A stretch of DNA of 48,697 bases from Christensenellales bacterium. GTDB taxonomy: Bacteria > Bacillota > Clostridia > Christensenellales > Aristaeellaceae. Under the pieces are notes generated by a model that worked only from the letters and a program-made list of their open reading frames with translations, did not search any database and had not been told where the DNA came from. The DNA is taken from the NCBI GenBank assembly GCA_045113475.1, contig JBGUIY010000068.1, positions 1 to 48,697 on the forward strand, given 5' to 3'. Made by a program: the position numbers and the translations under genes. The first letter of the stretch is position 1. Each line of letters opens with the position of its first letter. Positions 24,412 to 33,680 of the stretch are shown here, piece by piece.

Positions 24412-25359
24412 ATGGAGAACATGAAGGAAATGAACCGCCGTGATTTCCTGCGCAAGGCCGGCAAGGCCGCTTTGGGCGCTGTCGCTGTCAGCAGCCTGCC
24501 TGTGCTGGCTGTGGCGGAAGAGAAGGAAGCCCCCGTATGGCCCTGGAAGTACGTGCCCCTGGATAAGGACGCCCTGCTGGAGCTCTGTTACAAGAAGTTC
24601 TATGAGTACGGCGGCTGCGGCGGCGGCTGCTTCGGCGGCATCATCGACATTTTCAGCGAGGTCACCGGATATCCCTACAACCAGATGACTCCCGGCCGCA
24701 CCTGCGCGCTGATGGCGGGCGGCTTCGGCACCGGCACCCTGTGCGGCTCCCTGGGCGGCGCGCTGCTCTTCGTCGGCCTGGTCTGCCAGCCTGCGGACGC
24801 GGCTTCCATCCGCGACCAGCTGTTCGCCTGGTACCGTGAGCACAGCTTCCCGGAATACCAGCCGGAATACAAGTCCATCACCACCGTGGCCCATTCCGTC
24901 AACTGCGCGGATTCCGTGGGCACCTACATGGCCGCTACCGGCTACAAGATGGCCGATCCCGAGCGCAAGGCCCGCTGCGCGGCCGTGACCGCCGAGGTCG
25001 CCGTGAAGACCATCAGCCTGCTGAACGTGCTGTACGGCTATGAGGCCGCGGAGCCTGTGGCAGAGCCCGCCCCCGTGGAAGAAGCGGCCCTGGGCGCCAA
25101 TGAGTACATCGGCACCGGCGTCAGTGAGATCGGCGGCGAAGTCAAGGTCAAGGTCACCATGGACGGCGACAAGATCGCGAAGATCGAAGTGCTGAGCCAC
25201 AACGAGACCCCCGGCATCAGCGATCCTGCCTTCAAGACCATCCCGGACGCCATCGTCGCGGCCAACTCCACCCAGATCGACGCCGTTTCCGGTGCGACCA
25301 GGACCAGCGAAGCGCTGATCGCCGCCGTCAACGACGCCCTGTCCCAGATCAAAAAGTAA
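24412..25359 (+). CDS. Tat-exported C_GCAxxG_C_C-family / FMN-binding-domain fusion protein
   Basis: Start at ATG 24412, with AAAGGAGAG upstream. Twin-arginine signal MNRRDFLRKAGKAALGAVAV. Cys/Gly-rich YGGCGGGCFGG and GTLCGSLGGAL blocks. C-terminal FMN_bind signature IDAVSGATRTSEAL. Confidence 0.7.
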   Translation: MENMKEMNRRDFLRKAGKAALGAVAVSSLPVLAVAEEKEAPVWPWKYVPLDKDALLELCYKKFYEYGGCGGGCFGGIIDIFSEVTGYPYNQMTPGRTCALMAGGFGTGTLCGSLGGALLFVGLVCQPADAASIRDQLFAWYREHSFPEYQPEYKSITTVAHSVNCADSVGTYMAATGYKMADPERKARCAAVTAEVAVKTISLLNVLYGYEAAEPVAEPAPVEEAALGANEYIGTGVSEIGGEVKVKVTMDGDKIAKIEVLSHNETPGISDPAFKTIPDAIVAANSTQIDAVSGATRTSEALIAAVNDALSQIKK

Positions 25360-25379
25360 ATCATCCTCGCAATTTTATG

Positions 25380-25407
25380 AGCCGGCCGGTTTTGCGGCCG
25401 GCTTTTC
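25380..25407 (+). terminator. rho-independent terminator
   Basis: AGCCGGCCG-GTTTTG-CGGCCGGCT followed by TTTTCT. Confidence 0.7.
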
Positions 25408-25457
25408 TGCTGCCGGAAAACGGGCGTAAGCGGCGCTCTGCTCCCGTGCGCTGCCCC

Positions 25458-25486
25458 TTGATATTCCATCCCAAATCAGATATAAT
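25458..25486 (+). promoter_or_regulatory. sigma-70-like promoter for the ecf-truA operon
   Basis: TTGATA (25458-25463), 17-nt spacer, TATAAT (25481-25486). Confidence 0.45.
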
Positions 25487-25602
25487 GTGTTCCGGACCCG
25501 GAAAAAGCCGGGTCTTGAGCAGTGTACCCTGTGAGCGGCGGGGAAGCCTGGCGCTCCTCTTTATTATTGGTTTTCTTTTTCCGCGCGGCAAAGGAGCTTT
25601 GG

Positions 25603-26442
25603 ATGTCGGAGGAGATCATCGTCCTGAAGGACGTATGCTACAAGTATGAGGACGCGGCGCGCAACGCGGTGGATCACGTGGATCTGGCGGTGCGGCGCGG
25701 CGAGATGACCGCGGTGCTGGGCCGCAACGGTTCGGGCAAGTCCACCCTGGTCAAGCTGATGAACGGCCTGATCCTGCCGGACAGCGGTACGGTGCTGACC
25801 GACGGCATGGATACCCGGGACGAATCAAAGGTGTGGGATATCCGCCAGCGGGCGGGCATGGTGTTCCAGAATCCGGACAACCAGCTGGTGGCCACCGTGG
25901 TGCGGGAGGACGTGGCTTTCGGCCTTGAAAACACCGGTGTTCCGTCCGCGGAGATGCCTGAGCGCATCGACGCCGCCCTCAAGGCGGTGAATATGCTGAA
26001 ATACGCCGAACGCGCGCCGCACCTGCTGAGCGGCGGCCAGAAGCAGCGCGTCGCCATCGCGGGCATCCTGGCCATGCGCCCGGATATCATGCTGTTCGAC
26101 GAAGCCACCGCCATGCTGGATCCCCGGGGCCGCAAGGAGGTCTTCAACACCGTCAAGGAACTGAACCGCGAGGGCATGACCGTGGTGTGGATCACCCACT
26201 TCATGGAAGAGGCCGCACTGTGCGACACCGTGCATATCATGCACGACGGCGCGGTGGTGCTCTCCGGCACGCCCCAGGAGGTGTTCTCGGACAGGGAGCG
26301 GCTGCAGCCCTGGCGGCTGGACGTACCGCCCATGGCCGCGCTGGCCCAGCGCCTGCGGGCATCGGGCGTGGCCCTGCCGGAAGGCATCCTGTCCATCGAT
26401 GATATGACCAGGGAGGTGGAAGCGCTTGCAGCTCACCTTTGA
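25603..26442 (+). CDS. ecfA1: ECF transporter ATPase component A1
   Basis: Start at ATG 25603, with AAGGAG 6 nt upstream. Walker A GRNGSGKST, LSGGQKQRVAIAG, Walker B MLFDEATAMLD. First gene of the conserved ecfA1-ecfA2-ecfT-truA order. Confidence 0.85.
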   Translation: MSEEIIVLKDVCYKYEDAARNAVDHVDLAVRRGEMTAVLGRNGSGKSTLVKLMNGLILPDSGTVLTDGMDTRDESKVWDIRQRAGMVFQNPDNQLVATVVREDVAFGLENTGVPSAEMPERIDAALKAVNMLKYAERAPHLLSGGQKQRVAIAGILAMRPDIMLFDEATAMLDPRGRKEVFNTVKELNREGMTVVWITHFMEEAALCDTVHIMHDGAVVLSGTPQEVFSDRERLQPWRLDVPPMAALAQRLRASGVALPEGILSIDDMTREVEALAAHL

Positions 26443-27286
26443 ACACGTAACGCATACCTACCAGGCGGGCAGTCCCTTCCAGGCCACCGCCATCAGGGAT
26501 ATCAGCCTGACCGTCAGCGGCGGCGAGTTCGTCGCGCTGATCGGGCATACTGGCTCGGGCAAATCCACCCTGGTCCAGCATATGAACGCCCTGCTGACGC
26601 CCTCCGAGGGCCGCGTGACGCTGGACGGGCGGGACATCAACGAAAAAGGCGTCTCCAAGCGGGCGGTCCGCCAGCGCATCGGCCTGGTGTTCCAGTACGC
26701 GGAGACGCAGCTCTTCGAGGAGACCGTCGCCAAGGACGTGGCCTTCGGGCCGAAAAACCTGGGCCTTTCGCCTGAGGAGACAGATACCCGCGTCCGGGAG
26801 GCCATGGAGCGCGTGGGCCTGTCCTACGCAGACCTGGCGGAGCGCTCTCCCTTCGAGCTTTCCGGCGGTCAGATGCGCCGGGTAGCCATCGCGGGCGTCA
26901 TTGCCATGCGCCCGGAAATGCTGGTGCTGGACGAGCCTGCCGCGGGCCTGGACCCCCTGGGCCGCCGGGAGATCATGGACCTGATCCGCGGTTTCCACCA
27001 GGCGGGGACCACTGTGGTGATGGTGTCCCACAGCATGGACGACGTGGCGGAGAACGCCAGCCGCATCATCGTGATGGAGCAGGGTCAGGTGACCATGGAC
27101 GGTACGCCGGAAACGATTTTCGCGGATGCGGAACGCCTGGTGGCCCTGGACCTGGACGTGCCCCAGACCTGCCGGCTCTCCCTGGCGCTCAGAAAGCAAT
27201 GGCCCGACTTCCCCATGTGTGTGCGGGCCGACGAGGCCTATGAAGCGCTGCTTGCGCGGCTAAAGGGAGGGAAGGCCCATGCTTGA
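26426..27286 (+). CDS. ecfA2: ECF transporter ATPase component A2
   Basis: TTG start preceded by GGGAGGTGG, overlapping the ecfA1 end. GHTGSGKST, LSGGQMRRVAIAG, LVLDEPAAGLD. Confidence 0.85.
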   Translation: MQLTFEHVTHTYQAGSPFQATAIRDISLTVSGGEFVALIGHTGSGKSTLVQHMNALLTPSEGRVTLDGRDINEKGVSKRAVRQRIGLVFQYAETQLFEETVAKDVAFGPKNLGLSPEETDTRVREAMERVGLSYADLAERSPFELSGGQMRRVAIAGVIAMRPEMLVLDEPAAGLDPLGRREIMDLIRGFHQAGTTVVMVSHSMDDVAENASRIIVMEQGQVTMDGTPETIFADAERLVALDLDVPQTCRLSLALRKQWPDFPMCVRADEAYEALLARLKGGKAHA

Positions 27287-28094
27287 AAATATCACCCTCG
27301 GGCAGTATTACCCCCTCAAGAGCCCCGTCCACGCCCTGGATCCGCGGGTCAAGATCCTCCTGCTGGTCGCCTATATCACGGCTGTTTTCCTGGTTCCCGA
27401 CCTGACGGGCTTCATCCTCATCACCCTGTACCTGGCGGTGGCCTGCAAGCTGTCGAAGCTGCCCTTCCGCCTGCTCATCAAGGGCCTGAAGCCCCTCAGG
27501 ATGATCCTGATCTTCACCTTTATCCTGAACCTGTTCTTTACCGGCGGGGAGACGGCGCTGCTGAATCTGGGCTTCGCCACGCTGACCAGGGAGGGCCTGC
27601 TCAATGCCATCCGATACAGCCTGCGCCTGATCTTCCTGGTGCTGGGCTCCAGCCTGCTGACGCTGACCACCGCGCCGGTGACCCTCACCGACGGCCTGGA
27701 GCGCCTGCTCTCGCCGCTGAAGGTGATCCACTTCCCCGCTCACGAGATGGCCATGATGATGACCATCGCCCTGCGGTTCATCCCCACGCTGCTGGAGGAG
27801 GCCGACAAGATCATGAAGGCCCAGTCCGCCCGCGGCGCGGACTTTGAGTCCGGCAAGCTGTTCGACCGGGCCAGGGCCATGGTGCCGCTGCTGGTGCCGC
27901 TGTTCGTCAGCGCCTTCCGCCGGGCCGGGGATCTGGCCATGGCTATGGAGGCCCGCTGCTACCACGGCGGCGAAGGCCGCACCCGCCTGCACGTATTGAA
28001 GGTGCAGAAGCGGGACTGGATCGCCATCCTGGTCACCGCCGTCCTGATCGTCCTTGTGGTGCTCGAGCCGCGGTTCGTTCCCTGGCACGTATGA
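27279..28094 (+). CDS. ecfT: ECF transporter transmembrane component T
   Basis: 271 aa, multi-pass. N-terminal ITLGQYYPLKSPVHALDPRVK and an ARGADF-type coupling-helix motif typical of EcfT/CbiQ. Confidence 0.85.
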   Translation: MLENITLGQYYPLKSPVHALDPRVKILLLVAYITAVFLVPDLTGFILITLYLAVACKLSKLPFRLLIKGLKPLRMILIFTFILNLFFTGGETALLNLGFATLTREGLLNAIRYSLRLIFLVLGSSLLTLTTAPVTLTDGLERLLSPLKVIHFPAHEMAMMMTIALRFIPTLLEEADKIMKAQSARGADFESGKLFDRARAMVPLLVPLFVSAFRRAGDLAMAMEARCYHGGEGRTRLHVLKVQKRDWIAILVTAVLIVLVVLEPRFVPWHV

Positions 28095-28864
28095 CGCGGC
28101 GCTATCTGCTGACCGTCGCCTATGACGGCACGGCCTACTGCGGCTGGCAGGCGCAGAAAAACGGCCCCAGCGTGCAGGAGACCCTGGAGGAGGCCCTTTC
28201 CCGCCTGCTGGGGCACTTTACCCGGGTGACCGGCGCGAGCCGGACGGACGCGGGGGTCCACGCCCTGGGCCAGCGCGCGCATTTTGACGCCGACACGGGC
28301 ATTCCGGCCGAAAAGCTGCCCTTTGCCCTGAATACCATGCTGCCGCCGGACGTGCGCGTCACCGCGGGCCTGCTGGTGCCCGATACGCTGCACGCGCGGT
28401 TCTCCGTGGAGGAGAAGACCTACACCTACCGCATCCACAACGCGCCTCACGCCAGCGCCCTGTACCGGAACCTGACCGCCCACGTGCCCGTGACCCTGGA
28501 CGACCGGCTGATGCACGGGGCTGCCCAGGCGCTGGCGGGTACCCATGATTTCGCGGCCTACTGCGCCGCCGGAGGCTCCGCCAAGACCACCGTCCGCACC
28601 ATCCGGCAGATCGCCGTTTCCCGGGAGGGGGAGCGGGTGACCCTCACCGTCACCGGCAACGCCTTCCTGTACAACATGGTGCGCATCATCGCCGGCACCC
28701 TCATCGACGTGGGCCACGGCAAGCTCCCGCCTGAGTGCCTGCAGACTGCCCTCACGACCCTCAACCGCCTGGACCTGGGCGTCACGGCGCCGGCCAACGG
28801 CCTGGAACTGACGGAAGTGAAATACCCGGAAGAGAGGCTGAGGATGCCTGGCCAGGGGGAATGA
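28091..28864 (+). CDS. truA: tRNA pseudouridine(38-40) synthase
   Basis: 257 aa. YLLTVAYDGTAYCGWQ, the GASRTDAGVHA catalytic Asp motif, and FLYNMVRIIAGTL. ATGA overlap with ecfT. Confidence 0.9.
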   Translation: MTRRYLLTVAYDGTAYCGWQAQKNGPSVQETLEEALSRLLGHFTRVTGASRTDAGVHALGQRAHFDADTGIPAEKLPFALNTMLPPDVRVTAGLLVPDTLHARFSVEEKTYTYRIHNAPHASALYRNLTAHVPVTLDDRLMHGAAQALAGTHDFAAYCAAGGSAKTTVRTIRQIAVSREGERVTLTVTGNAFLYNMVRIIAGTLIDVGHGKLPPECLQTALTTLNRLDLGVTAPANGLELTEVKYPEERLRMPGQGE

Positions 28865-28939
28865 AAGTATGACGGACCCGGATTCGTTGGATTCGGGGCC
28901 GTTTTTATTTTGAGCATTTTTTGTTTGGAGAAAAGGAAA

Positions 28940-29010
28940 GAGTGGAGTTTGGAGAGTGGAGAGTGGAGTTGGAAGTGAGGAATGAAGGAGTCAGGAGTGA
29001 GATAATGACG
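28940..29010 (+). repeat. heptamer-array composite repeat, copy 2
   Basis: GAGTGGA-type heptamers (28940-28967) followed by AGTGAGG/AATGAAG/GAGTCAG/GAGTGAG-type heptamers (28974-29008). A GTAGCGGC...GCCGCTAC hairpin follows at 29028-29056. Begins 75 nt after the truA stop. Confidence 0.75.
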
Positions 29011-29182
29011 CGGAACCGGCAGACTGTGTAGCGGCATGCGCAGGCGCCGCCGCTACATATTGTCCTTAAGGATTGCAGCGATGTTGATTAACAGGAATCA
29101 TACATTATGCGAAAGTACTGATGCGTGTTGAGATGCAGAAGGTATATGGCGTAGCGGCGGAAATGATGTCCCGGGGAGCCTT

Positions 29183-29244
29183 ATAAATCTGTCGGACATC
29201 ATTATGGTACTCCTTTTACCGTACCCTTATGTGTCATTCTGAAT
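29183..29244 (+). repeat. distal block of the dispersed element, copy 2
   Basis: ATAAATCTGTCGGACATCATTATG...TTTTACCGTACCC...GTCATTCTGAAT aligns with 4404-4467. Confidence 0.65.
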
Positions 29245-29341
29245 TACGCCGGCTTCTCCGGCCGTATGGACGCGGGATGGGTTTTGTGCTACAATACATC
29301 CATCAAAAGATGAGCCCGGTACGTCGGGAAGGATGGAGCCC

Positions 29342-29842
29342 ATGAGAATTTCGTTTGATCTGGACGAAGTGCTGTTCGTGAACCCGCAGAAGTACGAAAC
29401 GGAGAAGCCGCTCCGCTTTCCCATGAACCGCCTGTTCCCCGAGCGGCTCCGGAAGGGGACGGTCCGGCTGATCCACGAGCTGCAGAATCGCGGGTTCGAG
29501 GTGTGGGTATACACCTCATCTTATCGCACGGAACTGTATATCCGGGCGCTGTTCCGGAATTACGGCGTACGCTTCGACCATATCGTGAACGGCGCCAGGC
29601 ATCAGGCGGAGATCCAGGGAAAGCGCAAGGATCCCGTGCCCACCAAGGTGCCGGGGTTTTACCACATCTCCCTGCACATCGACGACGAGAACTCGGTGAT
29701 CCAGAACTGCCGGATGAGCGGCGTCCGTGCCATGCGGGTATTCGAGCCTGACAGCCAGTGGGCAGAAAAGATCCTTGCCGAGGCCGTCAGGATAAGGCGG
29801 ATGGAAGAGCAGGCGGACAAGCCGGGAAAGGAGGCACGCTGA
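29342..29842 (+). CDS. hypothetical HAD-like protein
   Basis: ATG 29342 follows GGAAGGATGGAG (alternative ATG at 29333). An extended -10, TGCTACAAT, lies at 29287-29295. The N-terminal ISFDLDEVLF resembles HAD motif I. Confidence 0.55.
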   Translation: MRISFDLDEVLFVNPQKYETEKPLRFPMNRLFPERLRKGTVRLIHELQNRGFEVWVYTSSYRTELYIRALFRNYGVRFDHIVNGARHQAEIQGKRKDPVPTKVPGFYHISLHIDDENSVIQNCRMSGVRAMRVFEPDSQWAEKILAEAVRIRRMEEQADKPGKEAR

Positions 29843-30174
29843 TGAAAATGGCGGAAGTTTCAGCGGAAATGCTGGAGGAAAAGATGCGCTTCGCGGAGAA
29901 AATGCTTGAAAAAGCAGGCGCGGTTCCCCTGGAGATCAACCAGAAGAACCGCGAGATCCTGAATCAGCGCCAGACCTATTTGTATGAGAATACCTATTAC
30001 CGGATCGACCACGCGGCGTTTGACGGCGAGGCCTTCCTGATCGTCAGCTGCATCGATATCGAAAAATATGCCGCCATCGGCCTGATGGAGGACGTGGAGG
30101 CGATCCCGCTGGACGCCTCCGAAACGCAGATCGAAGCGTCGGTCAGGCACGCTCTGGGGATCGCGGACGGCTGA
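29842..30174 (+). CDS. hypothetical protein (110 aa)
   Basis: ATG 29842 overlaps the upstream TGA (TGATG). AAAGGAGG 7 nt upstream. No family recognised. Confidence 0.5.
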   Translation: MKMAEVSAEMLEEKMRFAEKMLEKAGAVPLEINQKNREILNQRQTYLYENTYYRIDHAAFDGEAFLIVSCIDIEKYAAIGLMEDVEAIPLDASETQIEASVRHALGIADG

Positions 30175-30921
30175 TCAGTAGGGGCTGTCGAATTCCCGCT
30201 CGGCTTTGGCTACGGCGTCGGCCAGGGACATGCCCGCGAAGTGCTGCGCACCCAGGTTGCGGCCGGATTTCCTGTCGTCCGCGAAAACGCCCGCCACGAT
30301 GCCGGGGATGGCGCTTTCCGGCGCGTTTGGCGCGTGGCTGCCGCCCAGGTCGGTGCGGCACCAGCCCGGATCGGTCAGGTTGATCATCACGTCCGTGCCG
30401 TTAACCTTGGAGCCCAGGTCGATGGTGATCTTGTCCAGGGCGGCCTTGCTGGCGGAATAGCCTGCCTGGCACACGTCCAGCGCGATGCCGCTGGTGGTGT
30501 TCAGAATGCGGCCGGTGCCCTTCGCGATCATCTTCGGCATGAAATGGTAGCAGATCATGGCCGGGGCGATGGTGTTTACGCGGAAGCTGATTTCATAGTC
30601 TGAAACGGGCGTTTCAAAGTATACCGTCCGGTAGGCGATCTGCAGGCCCGCGTTGTTCAGCACGATGTCCACGTCCACGCCCAGGCGGTCGATCTCGTCC
30701 AGCATCTGCCGCACCGCGTCCAGGTCGTTCAGGTCCGCCTCCACGGCATGGGCTTCCACGCCGAGGGCTTTGACTTCCCCGAGGATTTTTTCCGTATGGG
30801 CGAGGCTGCGACTGTGCAGGATCAGGTTGCAGCCCTGCTCGGCCATGAATTTCGCGGTCAGATAACCGATGCCCCGCGCCGCGCCGGTGATCAGCGCCCA
30901 TCTGCCTTTGACTTGATACAT
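30175..30921 (-). CDS. SDR family oxidoreductase
   Basis: Start chosen at ATG 30921 (MYQVKGRWALITGAARGIG), 9 nt after AAGGAG. TGxxxGIG cofactor motif, NNAG, and the YSASK catalytic motif. Confidence 0.8.
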   Translation of the reverse strand: MYQVKGRWALITGAARGIGYLTAKFMAEQGCNLILHSRSLAHTEKILGEVKALGVEAHAVEADLNDLDAVRQMLDEIDRLGVDVDIVLNNAGLQIAYRTVYFETPVSDYEISFRVNTIAPAMICYHFMPKMIAKGTGRILNTTSGIALDVCQAGYSASKAALDKITIDLGSKVNGTDVMINLTDPGWCRTDLGGSHAPNAPESAIPGIVAGVFADDRKSGRNLGAQHFAGMSLADAVAKAEREFDSPY

Positions 30922-30987
30922 GTTTTCCATCTCCTTCATCTTGATGTGAACATCATATCATACATTGACAAAAAAAGATACAAAAAA

Positions 30988-31022
30988 CAGTGGCTGCCGT
31001 GGATAAACCGCGGCAGCCACTG
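30988..31022 (-). terminator. rho-independent terminator of the peptide ABC operon
   Basis: 12-bp stem CAGTGGCTGCCG (30988-30999) pairs with CGGCAGCCACTG (31011-31022). On the minus strand it is followed by TTTTTTGTATCTTTTTTT. Confidence 0.7.
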
Positions 31023-31039
31023 GCTGTTCAGCAAAGGTA

Positions 31040-32641
31040 TTACTTGACAGCGTTCATGAAGAGCTTCTCACCGGTGGCATAGGTGGTCACGCCCTTGATT
31101 TCGGGGATGCAGATCCAGGTGGTGGCATAGTAGTAGACGGGGATGCAGCAGGCTTCATCGCCCACAGCCAGCTTCTCAGCCTGGTGCAGCAGAGCGAAGT
31201 GCTCAGCCAGATCGGTGGTGGCGGCAGCCTTCTCCATCAGAGCGTCGAATTCGGGGTTGTTGTAGAAGGTGGAGTTGTTGCCGGAGTAGCTGGTGAACAG
31301 GTCCAGCAGGTTGGACGGATCGCCGTAGTCAGCCACCCAGCCGTCACGGGCCAGGGTGTGCTCGCCGTTGCGGCGCGCAGCCAGGAACACGTTCCACTCC
31401 ATCTGCTCGATCTCGATGTTGATGCCCAGGTTCTCTTTCCACATGTAAGCGAGCGCTTCAGCAGTGGGAACGTGCACGCCGGAGACGTTGGTGCAGTAGG
31501 GGATGGTGGGGAAGCCTTCGCCGTTGGGATAGCCGGCTTCAGCCAGCAGTTCCTTCGCCTTGGCAATGTTGGCCTGATAGTCGCTGCGGTCGATCACGGT
31601 GTCGAAATCGCCGAAGTCGGAGCCGTCGTTGGTGAAGAAGCCGCCGCCGACGAAGTCGGTCGCGGGCAGATAGGTGCCCTGGGTGACCACTTCAGACAGA
31701 TAGATGGGATCGATGGCCAGCTGCAGAGCCTTGCGGACGCGGACGTCATCGAAGGGAGCCTTCTTGTTGTTGATGTTGACATAGTAGGTGCCCAGCTGCG
31801 GCTCGGTCTGGAACAGGCCTTCAGCCTTCACAGCGTCGAGCTCTTCGGTGGGATAGTCGTCGCACCAGTCGAGCTCGCCGGCACGCATGGCAGCCAGCTT
31901 GGCGTTCGGGTCGGTGATCAGCTTGAAGCAGATGCGCTTGCAGACGACCTGCTCCGCGTCATAATAAACGGGGTTGGGAACCATGACGATTTCTTCGTCC
32001 ATGGTGTAGCTCTCCAGCTTGTAGGGGCCGTTGCCGATCAGGGTCTCGGGAGAGGTGGTCCAGGCGTCGCCATTGGCTTCGATGATGTCCTTGCGGACGG
32101 GGTAGTAGGTCGGGAAGGCCATGATCTCCAGGAACCAGGCGCAGGGCTGGACCAGGGTGAGCTCGATGGTCTTGGTGTCGATGGCTTTGACGCCCAGCTC
32201 ATCCACGGGCTTCGCGCCGGTGGAGATGTCCAGACCGTTCAGCAGGTACTTGCCCATATCGCCGGCGTAGGGGGCGGCGGTTTCCGGATCCACAAGGCGC
32301 TTCATGGTGTACACGAAGTCCTCGGCGGTCAGATCCTGGCCGTCGGACCATTTCGCGTCATCACGAATGTGGAAGGTGTATACCAGGCCGTCTTCGCTGA
32401 CAGTGTAGTTGTCGGCGGCGCCCAGCACGATGCCTTCGCCGTTCCAGCCATACTTCATCAGGCCTTCGAAGAGGTGCTTGATGTAGTTGGAGCCGTCAGA
32501 AGCGGAGTTCTTCTGGGGGTCCAGGGTTTCGGGCTGAGAACCGATGCAGACGTTGATGGTCTGGACATCTTCAGCGGAAACCAGGCTGATCATGCCGGTC
32601 ATCATTACCAGCGCCAGCACAAAAGCTAACAGTTTCTTCAT
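31040..32641 (-). CDS. peptide ABC transporter substrate-binding protein (family 5, OppA/DppA-like)
   Basis: 533 aa. Signal peptide MKKLLAFVLALVMMTGMISLVSA. GGAGG 7 nt upstream. LDPQK...WSDG family-5 layout. Last gene of the operon. Confidence 0.85.
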   Translation of the reverse strand: MKKLLAFVLALVMMTGMISLVSAEDVQTINVCIGSQPETLDPQKNSASDGSNYIKHLFEGLMKYGWNGEGIVLGAADNYTVSEDGLVYTFHIRDDAKWSDGQDLTAEDFVYTMKRLVDPETAAPYAGDMGKYLLNGLDISTGAKPVDELGVKAIDTKTIELTLVQPCAWFLEIMAFPTYYPVRKDIIEANGDAWTTSPETLIGNGPYKLESYTMDEEIVMVPNPVYYDAEQVVCKRICFKLITDPNAKLAAMRAGELDWCDDYPTEELDAVKAEGLFQTEPQLGTYYVNINNKKAPFDDVRVRKALQLAIDPIYLSEVVTQGTYLPATDFVGGGFFTNDGSDFGDFDTVIDRSDYQANIAKAKELLAEAGYPNGEGFPTIPYCTNVSGVHVPTAEALAYMWKENLGINIEIEQMEWNVFLAARRNGEHTLARDGWVADYGDPSNLLDLFTSYSGNNSTFYNNPEFDALMEKAAATTDLAEHFALLHQAEKLAVGDEACCIPVYYYATTWICIPEIKGVTTYATGEKLFMNAVK

Positions 32642-32684
32642 GGGGTTTCCTCCTTTTTATTTTGTAAAACGTCTGAAAGACGGT

Positions 32685-33680
32685 TTACTTGCTCGTCTGG
32701 ATGCCGAGGTCATTCGCCACCTTGTGGCATGCGCAGGTGTGGCCGGGCTCCACGGTGATGGTTTCCGGGCGCTTGCTGCGGCAGAGCTCGGTGGCGTAGG
32801 GGCAGCGGGTATGGAACTTGCAGCCCTTCGGCGGGTTGATGGGGCTGGGGACTTCGCCTTCCAGCACCACGTGCTTCCTGCTGCGGCTCACGTCCGGATC
32901 CGGGATGGGGATAGCAGAGAGCAGGGCCTGGGTATAGGGGTGCATGGGCTTTTTATAGAGACTGTTTGCCTCGCAGACCTCCACCAGGCTGCCCAGGTAC
33001 ATGACGCCCACCCGCTGGGAAATGTGCCGCACCACGTTCAGGTCGTGGGCGATGAACAGATAGGTCATGCCCAGCTTGTGCTGAAGTTCCATCAGCATAT
33101 TGATGACCTGCGCCTGAATGGACACGTCCAGCGCGGAGATCGGCTCGTCGCAGACCATGAAGTCCGGACGCAGGGCCATGGCCCGGGCAATGGACACGCG
33201 CTGGCGCTGGCCGCCGGAGAACTCGTGCGGATAGCGGTTCATGTGCTCGCTGTTCAGGCCGACAAGGCCCAGCAGCTCCAGGATGCGCGCCTGGCGCTCT
33301 TCCTTGCTGGCGCATACGCCGTGGATGTCCAGGGGCTCGGCCACGATGTCGCCGACGGTCATGCGCGGATCCAGGGAAGCGTAGGGATCCTGGAAAACGA
33401 TCTGCATGCGTTTGCGCAGGGGGCGCATGTTCGCGTGGGTGATGTCCTCGCCGTCCAGGAAGATCTGGCCGGAGGTCGGCTCGTGCAGGCGCAGGATGGC
33501 GCGGCCGATGGTGGATTTTCCGCAGCCGGATTCGCCTACCAGGCCGAAGGTCTCGCCCTTCTGGATCGAGAAGGAGACGTCGTCCACCGCGTGCACGACG
33601 CGGGGCTTGGTGAAGAGGCTGCCGCCGACTTCAAATTCCTTGACGATGTGACGCGCTTCAAAGAGAGGCTGCCCGCTCAA
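32685..33680 (-). CDS. oligopeptide/dipeptide ABC transporter ATPase (OppF-like)
   Basis: TTG start overlapping the upstream stop (TTGA). [35 protein letters not shown]-terminal oligopeptide-ABC extension with Cys residues. Confidence 0.85.
   Translation of the reverse strand: MSGQPLFEARHIVKEFEVGGSLFTKPRVVHAVDDVSFSIQKGETFGLVGESGCGKSTIGRAILRLHEPTSGQIFLDGEDITHANMRPLRKRMQIVFQDPYASLDPRMTVGDIVAEPLDIHGVCASKEERQARILELLGLVGLNSEHMNRYPHEFSGGQRQRVSIARAMALRPDFMVCDEPISALDVSIQAQVINMLMELQHKLGMTYLFIAHDLNVVRHISQRVGVMYLGSLVEVCEANSLYKKPMHPYTQALLSAIPIPDPDVSRSRKHVVLEGEVPSPINPPKGCKFHTRCPYATELCRSKRPETITVEPGHTCACHKVANDLGIQTSK

Noticed and set aside
30971-30985. 15-nt exact direct repeat AAAAAAGATACAAAA at both ends of the peptide ABC operon (30971-30985 and 36749-36763), considered as operon-flanking att or target-site duplications.
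   Set aside because: The expected number of chance 15-mer pairs in a 48.7-kb window is on the order of one. Both sites are A-rich low-complexity promoter or terminator spacers. The operon has native GC content, and no recombinase is nearby.
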